This document shows positions 18,292 through 27,871 of a stretch of 64,000 nt of DNA, one piece after another. The DNA lies in NCBI GenBank assembly GCA_963714105.1, contig OY970233.1, forward strand, positions 2,438,676 to 2,502,675, in the 5' to 3' direction. A program made the translations under genes and the position numbers. Every line of letters starts with the position of its first letter. The first letter of the stretch is position 1. The stretch comes from an uncultured Actinomycetes bacterium. Its GTDB lineage: Bacteria; Actinomycetota; Acidimicrobiia; IMCC26256; PALSA-555. The notes under the pieces are model-generated. The model saw only the letters and a list, made by a program, of their open reading frames with translations, was not told the DNA's origin and searched no databases.

Positions 18292-19341
18292 ATGCTGGGT
18301 GTCATGACCGGCGACGAACCCGAGGTGTGCGCCGAGTGCGGATTCGACGCCGCGGCGTGGACCGTCGCCGACGCGGCCACGCTCCTCGACGCGCTGGGTC
18401 TCTGGTGGCGGCTCGCGACTGCCGACATCGCACCCGCCCAGCTGAACCTCCGACCCCAACCGGGCGTGTGGTCGGCGCTCGAGTACGGGCTGCACACCTC
18501 GCTCGTGCTCGCCGTCCTCCGCGAGGGCCTCGCGCGCATCCTCGCCGACGACGGCTGCACGCTCCCGTCACCACCCGACCTCCCGGCCGCGGACGACGGC
18601 CCCGGGCTCCGCCTCGCCCCGCCCGACGTGCTCCACGACCTCCGAAGAGAAGGGGAGGCCCTCGCCGCGGTCGCCCGGGCCGCCGCACCGGACGCGTGGA
18701 ACCACGTCGGCGTCCTCGCGGACCGGACCCTTCCCGCCGGGGCGGTGTTGCGCCATGCGGTCCACGACGCAACCCATCACCAGCTCGACGTCGGCCGAGG
18801 CCTCGCCGCGATCGACGCCGGGACCCCCCGAGGCTCGGGGGTGGTCCACCAGGTCAACGTGTCCGACGGGGGTGTCCCCAAGCGCCCGGTTCCGAGCGCC
18901 GCCGTCGGTCCCCGAGGCCTCGCGGGCGACGCCCAGGCCGACCGCGCCCATCACGGACGGCCGTTCCAAGCCCTGTGCCTCTGGTCGGTCGAGGTCATCG
19001 ACGAGCTCGCGGCGCAGGGGCACCCGATCGGCCCCGGCCGCGCCGGGGAGAACCTGACCATCGGCGGGTTGCCGTGGGCGGCGCTCCGGCCCGGGGCCCG
19101 CCTCACCGTCGGCACGGCCCTCGCGGAGGTCTCGTTCCCCGCGACACCGTGCGCGAAGCAGGCCGGCTGGTTCAGCGACCGCGACTTCCGCCGGATCGAC
19201 GACGAGCGCAATCCCGGCTGGGTGCGCTGGTACGCGTGGGTGCGCGAGCCCGGCGTGGTGCACGCCGGCGACCCGGTCGTCCTCCAGCCGTCCGCCGGCG
19301 CAGGTGGACTGCGGGCTAGCGGCCCTCGACCGGGACGGTGA
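18292..19341 (+). CDS. DinB-like domain fused to a MOSC domain
   Basis: The N-terminus is a DinB-type four-helix region ending RHAVHDATHHQLDV. The C-terminus is YiiM-type MOSC (HHGRPFQALC...GENLTIGGL...FPATPCAKQ). The start at 18292 or 18304 is tentative. Confidence 0.75.
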   Translation: MLGVMTGDEPEVCAECGFDAAAWTVADAATLLDALGLWWRLATADIAPAQLNLRPQPGVWSALEYGLHTSLVLAVLREGLARILADDGCTLPSPPDLPAADDGPGLRLAPPDVLHDLRREGEALAAVARAAAPDAWNHVGVLADRTLPAGAVLRHAVHDATHHQLDVGRGLAAIDAGTPRGSGVVHQVNVSDGGVPKRPVPSAAVGPRGLAGDAQADRAHHGRPFQALCLWSVEVIDELAAQGHPIGPGRAGENLTIGGLPWAALRPGARLTVGTALAEVSFPATPCAKQAGWFSDRDFRRIDDERNPGWVRWYAWVREPGVVHAGDPVVLQPSAGAGGLRASGPRPGR

Positions 19342-19510
19342 CAGCGGGGCGACGCCGGCGCACGACCCAGAACCCTCCGAGCAGGGTCACGGCAGCCAAC
19401 GGGAGCCCGACGGTCAGTGGTGCCTCCGGGGTCTGCGCCGACTGACCCGGCGGACGGCAGCCGTTCGGGTCGAAGAGCGCGAGGTTGGTCTGGCCGGTGC
19501 CGGTGATCAC
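19316..19510 (-). other. Orphan ORF tail resembling a C-terminal sorting signal
   Basis: It ends ...AQTPEAPLTVGLPLAAVTLLGGFWVVRRRRP..., a short motif followed by a hydrophobic span and an Arg cluster. The frame is open upstream, but no start or signal peptide is visible. Confidence 0.2.
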
Positions 19511-19690
19511 GTCGCCGATGACCGCGCCGTTGGTCTGGCCCGGGCCGATCGTCCAGCCTGCGATCGCCTCCCACCGATCGTCGCCGAGACGGCGCTCCGA
19601 CGCCCGCGTCCGGCGCGCTTCTCCGCCCAGGGGCCCCCGGCTCGTAACCGCCGGTTGCCCCCCGGTTGCGGGCCCGGCGCGACGACCGGT

Positions 19691-20224
19691 TCAGGCGTCG
19701 GTCATGCCGACGAGGGTCAGGACCGTCCGCCAGTTGCGAGTGGTCGCCGGGGAACCGAGCTGGCGTTCCAGGAACAGGTTGGACAGCTTGGTTCGGCCGT
19801 ACCCGTTCGGGCACCGCAGGTAGACCTCTCGACCTCGAACCACCAGCTCGTCGGGTCCGCTCACCTTCGCCCCCAGCTCCCGCACCCGCGCCGGCTTCGG
19901 GGTCTCGGCGAGGAACGTGACGTGCAGGGTGGCGGGATCGATCCCCCGGGTGAGGAACGGGTTCTGGGTGCTGACCCGTCGCAGCTGTTCCTTCGTCCTG
20001 AGCAGCACCGTCACGCTCACCCCGAACCCCTCGCGGAGGTCCCGCTCGATCAGCTTCGCGACGTCCGACGTCGCGGCGGTCCGGAACACGATGTTCCCGC
20101 TCTGGATGTAGGTCGCGACGTCTCCGAACCCGAGCTCGAGCAGCCGGGCACGGAGATCCTTCATCCCAACCTTGTTCTGACCGCTGACGTTCACGCCGCG
20201 CAACAAGGCGACATAGGTCTTCAT
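19691..20224 (-). CDS. DUF1697 domain protein
   Basis: MKTYVALLRGVNVSGQNKVGMKDLRARLLELGFGDVATYIQSGNIVF... The start is at ATG 20224, inside ORF 19691..20425. Confidence 0.85.
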   Translation of the reverse strand: MKTYVALLRGVNVSGQNKVGMKDLRARLLELGFGDVATYIQSGNIVFRTAATSDVAKLIERDLREGFGVSVTVLLRTKEQLRRVSTQNPFLTRGIDPATLHVTFLAETPKPARVRELGAKVSGPDELVVRGREVYLRCPNGYGRTKLSNLFLERQLGSPATTRNWRTVLTLVGMTDA

Positions 20225-20415
20225 GGTCGCTCCCGACGAACTCGCGCGGGCGGCGGGCTCCCACCCGCACGAGCTTGGGTGGGCACCCCGCTCACGGCCG
20301 GGCTCGTCGCGCAGCGTACCCGGCACCGCCTCATCATCCGCCGGCCTCACGGACGTCGCCGACCCCATCGGCGACTCCCTTGACGGCCTCCGTGACCCGT
20401 CGATACCAAGGCCGG

Positions 20416-20799
20416 ATGAGCCCACTCGACGCCGACACCGCCGCCACGATCACCCAGCGATGGCTCGACGCGTTCAACGCGCATCGCGCCGACCTGGTTG
20501 TCGAGCACTTCGCCGACCACGTCACCGCCCGATCGCCCGTCATCGCCCGGCTCCGTCCCCAGTCGGCGGGAACCCTCCACGGCAAACGCGAGGTGCTCTC
20601 GTACTACGAGGACGGGCTCCGCGCCACACCCGACCTGCACTTCACCCTCGTCGAGGTGCTCACCGGGATCGGGCAGCTCACGATCCTGTACCGCAACCAG
20701 CGCGGCACCCTCGTCGCCGAGACCTTGACCCTGGGCGAGGACGGCCTCGTGGACGCCGTCTCGGTCACCTACGGCCCCGAGCCGCCCCCGACCGCCTGA
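20416..20799 (+). CDS. SnoaL/NTF2-like fold protein
   Basis: MSPLDADTAATITQRWLDAFNAHRADLVVEHF..., 127 aa from ATG 20416. Confidence 0.65.
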   Translation: MSPLDADTAATITQRWLDAFNAHRADLVVEHFADHVTARSPVIARLRPQSAGTLHGKREVLSYYEDGLRATPDLHFTLVEVLTGIGQLTILYRNQRGTLVAETLTLGEDGLVDAVSVTYGPEPPPTA

Positions 20800-20815
20800 C
20801 CGGCCGGCACCCGCC

Positions 20816-20845
20816 TTGACTGGTTAGATACTGCTTACCTATCGT
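20816..20845 (+). promoter_or_regulatory. Sigma70-like promoter candidate (TTGACT-18-TATCGT)
   Basis: A locally AT-rich stretch about 40 nt upstream of the SRPBCC gene. It also contains an imperfect dyad GGTTAG..CTTACC. Confidence 0.3.
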
Positions 20846-20886
20846 GGGTCGTCCAGGCACCGGCAGCGAGGGAAGGACGACCGAGG

Positions 20887-21315
20887 ATGAAGTCCATCCA
20901 CCACCTCGTCGACATCGACGCGGCACCCGCGATGGTCTGGGCCGCGCTCACCGAAGCTGACGGTCTCGCGGGATGGTGGAGCACGAAGGTGCGCACCGCC
21001 GACGCGGCGCCGGGCACCGAGGTGCACTGGACCTTCACGGGTGACTTCAACCCCGTGATGGAGATCACCACCCTCGACGCCGGCCGCGAGCTCGTGTGGC
21101 GGTGCACCGCCGGGCACGACCCGTGGAAGAACAGCACCTTCCGGTTCCAGCTCGAGGAGACCGAGCCCGCACGCACCCGCTTGCGGTTCTGGCAGGACTA
21201 TGCCGTCGAGCTCCCCGACGACGCGTACGGGATCTACAACTTCAACTGGGGCTACTACCTCGAGAGCCTGCGGCTCCTCGCCGCGACCGGCACCGGGAAG
21301 CCGTTCCGGGCCTGA
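20887..21315 (+). CDS. SRPBCC (Aha1/START-like) domain protein
   Basis: MKSIHHLVDIDAAPAMVWAALTEADGLAGWWS..., 142 aa, with an SD-like GGAAGGA upstream. Confidence 0.8.
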   Translation: MKSIHHLVDIDAAPAMVWAALTEADGLAGWWSTKVRTADAAPGTEVHWTFTGDFNPVMEITTLDAGRELVWRCTAGHDPWKNSTFRFQLEETEPARTRLRFWQDYAVELPDDAYGIYNFNWGYYLESLRLLAATGTGKPFRA

Positions 21316-21329
21316 TCCCGCGCGGCGAG

Positions 21330-22667
21330 TCAGTCCGCCGGGGTCGTCTCGGCCAGCCGTCGAGTCAGGTAGCGGCGTTCCGCGTCGGTCGCGGCCAGCG
21401 CTAACGCCTCGCGGTACGCCGCCGCGGCCTCGGTGGGGCGATCGAGGCGGCGGAGCAGATCCGCGCGCGTCGCCGGGAGCAGGTGGTAGCCGCGCAGCGC
21501 CCCGGACGCCTCGAGCGTGTCGACCAGCGCCAGGCCCGCCTCGGGCCCCTCGGCCATCGCGACCGCCACCGCCCGGTTCAGCTCGACCACCGGTGACCGC
21601 ACCATCCGGCCCAGCTCCCGGTAGAGCGCCGCGATCTCGGCCCAGTCGGTCATCGAGGCGGGATCCGCGGTCGCGTGGCACGCCGCGATCGCGGCCTGCA
21701 CCTGATACGGCCCGGGTTGGCCCCGCCGCAGGGCGGTCTCGAGCACGTCGATTCCCTCGTTGATCGCGTCCCGGTCCCAGGTCCCCCGATCCTGGTCCTC
21801 GAGGGGCACGAGATCGCCGCTCGCGTCGACCCGGGCGGAGCGGCGGGCGTCGTGGAGGAGCATCAGCGCCAGCAGCCCGAGCACCTCGGGTTCGTCGGGC
21901 ATGAGCCGCGCGAGCGTGCGGCCGAGCTGGATCGCCTCGGCGCAGAGGCCCTGGCGGACCAGGTCAGCGCCGGCGGTCGCGGCGTACCCCTCGTTGAACA
22001 GCAGGTACACGACCGCCAGCACCGCGCCGGTGCGCTCCGGCAGCAGATGCGCGGGCGGGACCCGGTAGGGGATCCCGGCGTTGCGGATCTTGCGCTTCGG
22101 CTCGCACGAGCCGCTGCGCGAGGGTCGGCTCGGGCAGGAGGAACGCGCGGGCGATCTCCGCGGTCGTGAGACCCGTCAGGGTCCGCAAGGTGAGGGCGAC
22201 CTGGGCCTCGACGGACAGGGCCGGGTGGCAGCACGTGAAGATCAAGCGCAGCCGGTCGTCCCCGACGGCCTGCTCGCCGTGGCCGTCGTCGGTTCTTCGG
22301 CCGGGGCCAGCACGGCCACCTCCTGGAGCTTCGCGTCGCCGGTCGCCTCGCGCCGGAGCCGGTCCAACGCCCGGTTGCGTGCCGTCGTCGTCAACCAGGC
22401 GCCGGGGTTGCGCGGGACGCCGTCGCGGGGCCACCGTTCCAGGGCCCGCGCGAAGGCGTCCTGCGCGCACTCCTCGGCGACGTCCCAGTCACCGGTCGTC
22501 CGGATCAGCGTCGCGACGACCCGCCCCCACTCGTCTCGGAAGGCCCGAGCGACGGCGTCCTCGACGTCGGGGGCTACATCTCCCAGATCGGTCTCACCTC
22601 GATCGACCCGTGTCGTGCACCCGGGATCTTCGACGCGACCTCGATCGCCTCGTCGAGGTCCTTGCAC
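21330..22667 (-). pseudogene. ECF sigma factor with a long TPR-like C-terminal extension (ECF42-like), two apparent frameshifts
   Basis: Region 2 (FRDEWGRVVATLIR..AEECAQDAF..NPGAWLTTTARNRALD), region 4 (LRLIFTCCHPALS...LTTAEIARAF) and the extension (AVVYLLFNEGYAA...) lie in three frames. The shifts are near 22290 and 22100. The start is unclear. Confidence 0.75.
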
Positions 22668-22921
22668 TCGACCAGGTAGTAGCCGCCGATCTGCTCCTTG
22701 GTCTCGGCGAAGGGACCGTCGGAGGTCAGCACCTCGTCGTCACGCACCCGCACCGTGGTGGCGTCCGTGGTCGGGCGCAGGCGCTCGCCACCCTGGAGCA
22801 CCCCACGGCCGCCCATCTCCTCACCGAACGCGGCGTAGCCGGCCATCATCTCCGACTGCTCCGCCGGGCTCAACGCCCGCTCGGCGGTCTCGTCGGTGCA
22901 GATCATCAACGCGTATCGCAT
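22574..22921 (-). CDS. YciI-like (DGPF domain) protein
   Basis: MRYALMICTDE...DGPFAETKEQIGGYYLVECKDLDEAIEVASKIP. It lies directly upstream of the ECF sigma. Confidence 0.85.
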   Translation of the reverse strand: MRYALMICTDETAERALSPAEQSEMMAGYAAFGEEMGGRGVLQGGERLRPTTDATTVRVRDDEVLTSDGPFAETKEQIGGYYLVECKDLDEAIEVASKIPGARHGSIEVRPIWEM

Positions 22922-23095
22922 GTCGTTCCTCCTCGTCGGTTGGTTCCCTACCACGACGAACGGGAACCGCCCAGATCGACATCACCCGACGGTCGGGCGC
23001 GGCGAAGGTGGGGGAGCGGACCTGACTGGCGCGGCCCAGGCCCGCCAGAGCCCAGCCCGTCCAGTGGCCGCCGCCGGCGGGGCGAGAATGGGCCG

Positions 23096-23791
23096 GTGGC
23101 CGACCCGTGGAGCCTGGATGAGGTCGCGCACGCCGGCCCGGAGCACCTGGACGCGGGTTCCGTGGCCGGATACGACCGCAAGTCCGGGGCCGATCCCATC
23201 GACGACCTGGCGGTGCTGCGCCGACACGGCCTGGATGACCGGTCGACACTCGTCGACCTCGGGGCCGGGACCGGGCGGTTCGCGCTCGCGGCGGCGCCGC
23301 ACTGCCGACAGGTCATCGCCGTGGACGTGTCGCCCGTGATGCTCGACGTGATCCGTCACCGGAGCACCGAAGCTGGGATCACGAACGTGACGTGCGTCGA
23401 GGCCGGGTTCCTCAGCTACGAGCACCTCGGACCGCCGGTGGACATCGTCTACAGCCGGAACGCGCTGCACCACCTCCCCGACTTCTGGAAGGTCGTCGCG
23501 CTCCACCGTGTTGCCGCGCTGTTGCGACGCGGCGGTGTCCTCCGTCTCCGCGACCTCATCTTCGACTTCCCCCCGGCCGACGCGGACGCGTCGATCGAGC
23601 GCTGGTTCGCGAGTGCCGCCACCGATCCTGCCGAGGGCTACACGCGAGCCGACCTCGCTGAACACGTCCGCACCGAATACAGCACGTTCCGATGGCTGCT
23701 CGAGCCGATGCTCGAAGCGTCCGGCTTCGACGTGATCGAGGCCGACTTCGACCGATCGACCTACGGGCGCTACACCTGCCTCAAACGCTGA
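23096..23791 (+). CDS. Class I SAM-dependent methyltransferase
   Basis: Motif I is LVDLGAGTGRFALAAA. The GTG start at 23096 is tentative. The rest of ORF 22166..23791 is artefact. Confidence 0.8.
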   Translation: MADPWSLDEVAHAGPEHLDAGSVAGYDRKSGADPIDDLAVLRRHGLDDRSTLVDLGAGTGRFALAAAPHCRQVIAVDVSPVMLDVIRHRSTEAGITNVTCVEAGFLSYEHLGPPVDIVYSRNALHHLPDFWKVVALHRVAALLRRGGVLRLRDLIFDFPPADADASIERWFASAATDPAEGYTRADLAEHVRTEYSTFRWLLEPMLEASGFDVIEADFDRSTYGRYTCLKR

Positions 23792-23798
23792 CCGCCGT

Positions 23799-23829
23799 GC
23801 GTCGGCGCGCCCGCGTCTCGTGCCGACGC
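23799..23829 (+). terminator. Candidate hairpin after the methyltransferase
   Basis: GCGTCGGC-15 nt-GCCGACGC starts 8 nt after the stop. Confidence 0.3.
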
Positions 23830-24075
23830 GCGGGCCCGGGGAATCGAAGCGCTTCGTGGTCCTCCCCACGCCACGTGCTGAGTTGGGGAGGGACGTGGAA
23901 GTGACGGGACTCCGTTCGAACCCCCTTCGCTCCCGGCACGCCTCCAGCCCCCCCGACACGAGGACGCTCGTCGTTCTCGATCGTTCTCCCTGGTACGCGG
24001 GCGGCGGGAGCGTCCCCTGACAGGCTGGCATTAGGCGTCCGCATGCGGGCGCGTGTTGTGTTCTTGACAACGATG

Positions 24076-24149
24076 TGGACCTGAGGGGACTCGAACCCCT
24101 GACTTCCTCCATGCCATGGAGGCGCTCTACCGGACTGAGCTACAGGCCC
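24076..24149 (-). tRNA. tRNA-Ala (anticodon GGC)
   Basis: The reverse complement folds as a 74-nt cloverleaf GGGCCUG...CAGGUCCA. The anticodon loop is AUGGCAU and the G3:U70 alanine identity pair is present. CCA is not encoded. Confidence 0.95.
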
Positions 24150-24273
24150 AGGGGAGCAGTCACGTTACCAGTGGGCTCGTCGAGCAGCGGAAGACCGACC
24201 CGTCGCCGTCGCCAGTCGCGGTGAACGGTTGTTTGCGGACCGGCCGGTCGGGTCGTCGTACGCTCGCACGGTC

Positions 24274-27163
24274 ATGAGCGAACCGCCCGCCGCTGTCGAG
24301 ACGCCGAAGCATCGCTACGACGCGGGGTTGGCGAACGAGCTCGAGGCGAAGTGGCAGGACTACTGGGACCAGCACCGGACCTTCTGGACCCCGAACCCGG
24401 TCGGGAGCCTGTCCGAGGGCTTCGACCGGGTCGCGAGCCGTCCGAAGCTCTACGCCCTCGACATGTTCCCGTACCCGAGCGGGGCCGGCCTCCACGTCGG
24501 GCACCCGCTCGGGTACATCGGCACCGACGTCTTCGCTCGCTTCCACCGGATGACGGGCAGCAACGTGCTCCACGCGATGGGCTACGACGCGTTCGGGCTC
24601 CCCGCCGAGCAGTACGCGCTCCAAACCGGCCAGCATCCGCAGGTCACGACCGAGCAGAACATCGCCACGATGCGCCGCCAGCTCCGCGCGCTGGGTCTCG
24701 GGCACGACCCCCGTCGCAGTGTCGCCACCACCGACGTGGCCTACTACCGGTGGACGCAGTGGATCTTCCTGCAGATCTTCAACGCCTGGTACGACGTCGA
24801 CGCCGACCGGGCCCGCCCCATCGCCGAGCTCGTCGCCGCCTTCGAGGCCGGGGCTCGAGCACCGAGCAGCAGCGCGAACCCCGATGAGCGACCCTGGGCC
24901 GAGCTCGACGACCGGACCCGACGCCTCGTTGTCGACTCGTACCGGCTCGCGTACCGGGAAGAAGCGCTGGTCAACTGGTGCCCGGCGCTCGGGACGGTCC
25001 TGGCCAACGAGGAGGTCACCGCCGACGGGCGCAGCGAACGGGGCAACCATCCCGTGTTCAAACGGCCCCTCGAGCAGTGGATGCTTCGCATCACCCGCTA
25101 CGCCGACCGGCTCCTCGCCGACCTCGACCTGCTCGACTGGCCCGACCCGATCAAGGTCATGCAACGGAACTGGATCGGGCGCAGCACCGGCGCGGCGATC
25201 CGCTTCCCCGTCGACACTCACGCCGACCTCGACATCGAGGTCTTCACCACCCGCCCCGACACGGTCTACGGCGCCACCTACCTCGTGCTCGCACCCGAGC
25301 ATCCCCTCGTCGACACGATCGTCCCGCCCGACTGGCCGGGCGCGACCATCGGCGAGGAACAAGGGGAAGTCCCCGCGGCGTGGCGGGGCATCTTCGGCAC
25401 CGACGTCGCACCGGGCGCCGCGATCCGCGCCTACCGCGCGTTCGTCGCGGCACGCACCGATCTCGAGCGTCAAGCCACCGGACGCGAGAAGACCGGCGTG
25501 TTCACCGGCGCGTACGCCCGGAACCCGCTCACCGGGGACACGATCCCGGTCTTCGTCGCCGACTACGTGCTCATGGGGTACGGCACCGGCGCCATCATGG
25601 CGGTCCCGGGCCAAGATCAGCGCGACTGGGAGTTCGCGGTCGAGTTCGGACTGCCGATCGTCCGCACCGTCCAACCCCCCTCGGACTTCGACGGGGAGGC
25701 CTTCCTCGGTGACGGGCCCGCGATCAACAGCGGGTTCCTCGACGGGCTCTACGTCGACGACGCCAAGACCCAAATCGTCGAATGGCTCGAGGCCAACGGC
25801 CTCGGTACCGGCACCGTCACGTACAAGCTGCGGGACTGGCTCTTCAGCCGGCAGCGCTACTGGGGCGAGCCGTTCCCGATCGTCTACGACGACGACGGCC
25901 TCCCGTTGGCGTTGCCGGACTCGGCGCTGCCGGTCGAGCTCCCCGAGCTCGAGGCGTTCGAGCCGGTCGTCGTCGCCGACGACGACGCCACCACGCCACC
26001 CGAACCGCCCCTCGCCCGCGCCGAGCGCTGGGTCGACGTCACCGTCGACCTCGGCGACGGCCCGCGCCGCTACCGGCGCGAGACCAACACGATGCCCCAG
26101 TGGGCCGGGTCGTGCTGGTACTACCTGCGCTACCTCGACCCGACCAACGACACCCGATTCGTCGATCCGGCCGTCGAGCGGTACTGGATGGCCGGCGAGC
26201 CCAGCGGGGGAGTGGACCTCTACGTCGGCGGGGTCGAGCACGCCGTGCTGCACCTGCTCTACGCGCGGTTCTGGCACAAGGTCCTCTTCGACCTCGGTCA
26301 CGTCTCGACCCTGGAGCCATTCCACCGCCTCTACAACCAGGGGTACATCCAGGCGTTCGCGTACCGCGACGCCCGCGGGATGTACGTCGACGCCGCCGAC
26401 GTCGACGACGCGCGACGACGGCGACTACTTCGACGGCGCTGCGGTCACCCGCGAGTACGGCAAGATGGGCAAGAGCCTCCGCAACGTCGTGACGCCCGAC
26501 GACGTGTACCGCGACTACGGGGCCGACACCCTCCGCCTCTACGAGATGTTCATGGGGCCGCTCGACGCGAGCCGTCCGTGGAGCACCACCGACATCGTCG
26601 GGGTCCACCGCTTCCTCCAACGGGTGTGGCGCAACGTCATCGACGAGGAGACCGGCGCGGTCATCGTCGACGACGAGGCGGCCGACGCGACCACCCGTCG
26701 GCTTCTGCACCGGACGATCGCCGACGTCCGCCACGACATGGGCGAGCTGAAGTTCAACACCGCGATCGCCCGCCTCTTCGAGCTGAACAACCGGCTCACC
26801 CAGGTGACCGGCTCGAACGGCCGCTCGCCCCGCGAGGTCGTCGAGCCGCTCGTGCTCATGCTCGGCCCGCTCACCCCCCACGTCGCCGAAGAGCTGTGGA
26901 GCCGGCTCGGCCACCACACGTCCCTCGCGTTCGAGGCGTTCCCGGAGCCGGACCCGGCCGAGCTCGAGGACGACACGGTCGAGATCGTCGTGCAGGTCAA
27001 CGGCAAGCCTCGGGGCCGGATCACGGTCGCCACCGACGCGACCGACGACACCGTCGAGACCCACGCCCGTGCCGAGCCGCGGATCGCCGCGCTGCTCGCC
27101 GCCGCGACGGTGCGGAAGGTCATCGTCGTCCCCGGGCGGATCATCAACTTCGTCGTCGGCTGA
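24274..27163 (+). CDS. leuS: Leucine--tRNA ligase (one apparent frameshift near 26400)
   Basis: HIGH-type motif ([12 protein letters not shown]), the CP1 editing domain and KMSKS (GKMGKSLRN). The N-terminal 710 aa are in frame 1 and the remainder (..[21 protein letters not shown]..) in frame 2. Confidence 0.9.
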
Positions 27164-27248
27164 TACCGTCGCCGGCCGGCGGCGCTCGCGACGCTGCCCG
27201 CGCTTCCCCGGCACTTCCTCCGACCGCCCTTCGGCCTCGGAGGTCGCC

Positions 27249-27821
27249 ATGCCCGCGTCCGACTTCACCCGCCCCTCGGTGCCACCCGAGCACCGAGACG
27301 ACGACCCCGACCCCAGCTTCTGGGGCCCCGAGGATCGGGTGGCCCGCCGGCGACGGCCCCGCCGCGCCGCCCCGGGCGGCCCGAACGGGCTCCTCGGCAC
27401 CCGCGGTGAGCGCCGCGTCGTCGTCGCCGTCGCCGCCGTCCTCGCGGTCGCCGCCGCGCTGGTGTCGTACCGGGCGTCCACGCCGGTGTCGACCCCCGCA
27501 CCGGTCTCGGCGTCCCCCACGCCGACCGCCGCCGCCCCGACGCGCGGGCCGGGCGGCAAGGTCGTCGTCCACGTCGCCGGCGCCGTGAGCCGCCCCGGGG
27601 TCGTGGAGCTCCCCGCCGCGGACCGGGTCATCGACGCGCTCGACGCGGCGGGCGGCGCGTTGGCGGACGCCGACCTCGACCGGGTGAACCTCGCCGCTCG
27701 TCTCCACGACGCCGAACAGATCCTCGTGCCGACCACCGCGCCGCCGCCGACCAGCGCGCCGCCGCCGACCACGACGACCTCGACGACGGCCCCGCCGCCC
27801 ACCACCGCGACGACCGGATGA
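27249..27821 (+). CDS. ComEA-like protein with an SLBB domain only
   Basis: One TM span, then [32 protein letters not shown]...[16 protein letters not shown] (SLBB), then a Pro/Thr-rich tail and the stop. No helix-hairpin-helix domain is present. Confidence 0.65.
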   Translation: MPASDFTRPSVPPEHRDDDPDPSFWGPEDRVARRRRPRRAAPGGPNGLLGTRGERRVVVAVAAVLAVAAALVSYRASTPVSTPAPVSASPTPTAAAPTRGPGGKVVVHVAGAVSRPGVVELPAADRVIDALDAAGGALADADLDRVNLAARLHDAEQILVPTTAPPPTSAPPPTTTTSTTAPPPTTATTG

Positions 27822-27871
27822 CGGTCCGCCACCCCGGAACCTCCCAGCGCCCGCGCGTAGGCTGCGCCGAC

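Noticed and set aside
24150-24273. T-box or other leader upstream of leuS, and upstream of glyQS at 48813-48893
   Set aside because: The spacers are short (about 80-125 nt). They show no specifier or T-box sequence (AGGGUGGNACCGCG-like) and no obvious antiterminator structure.
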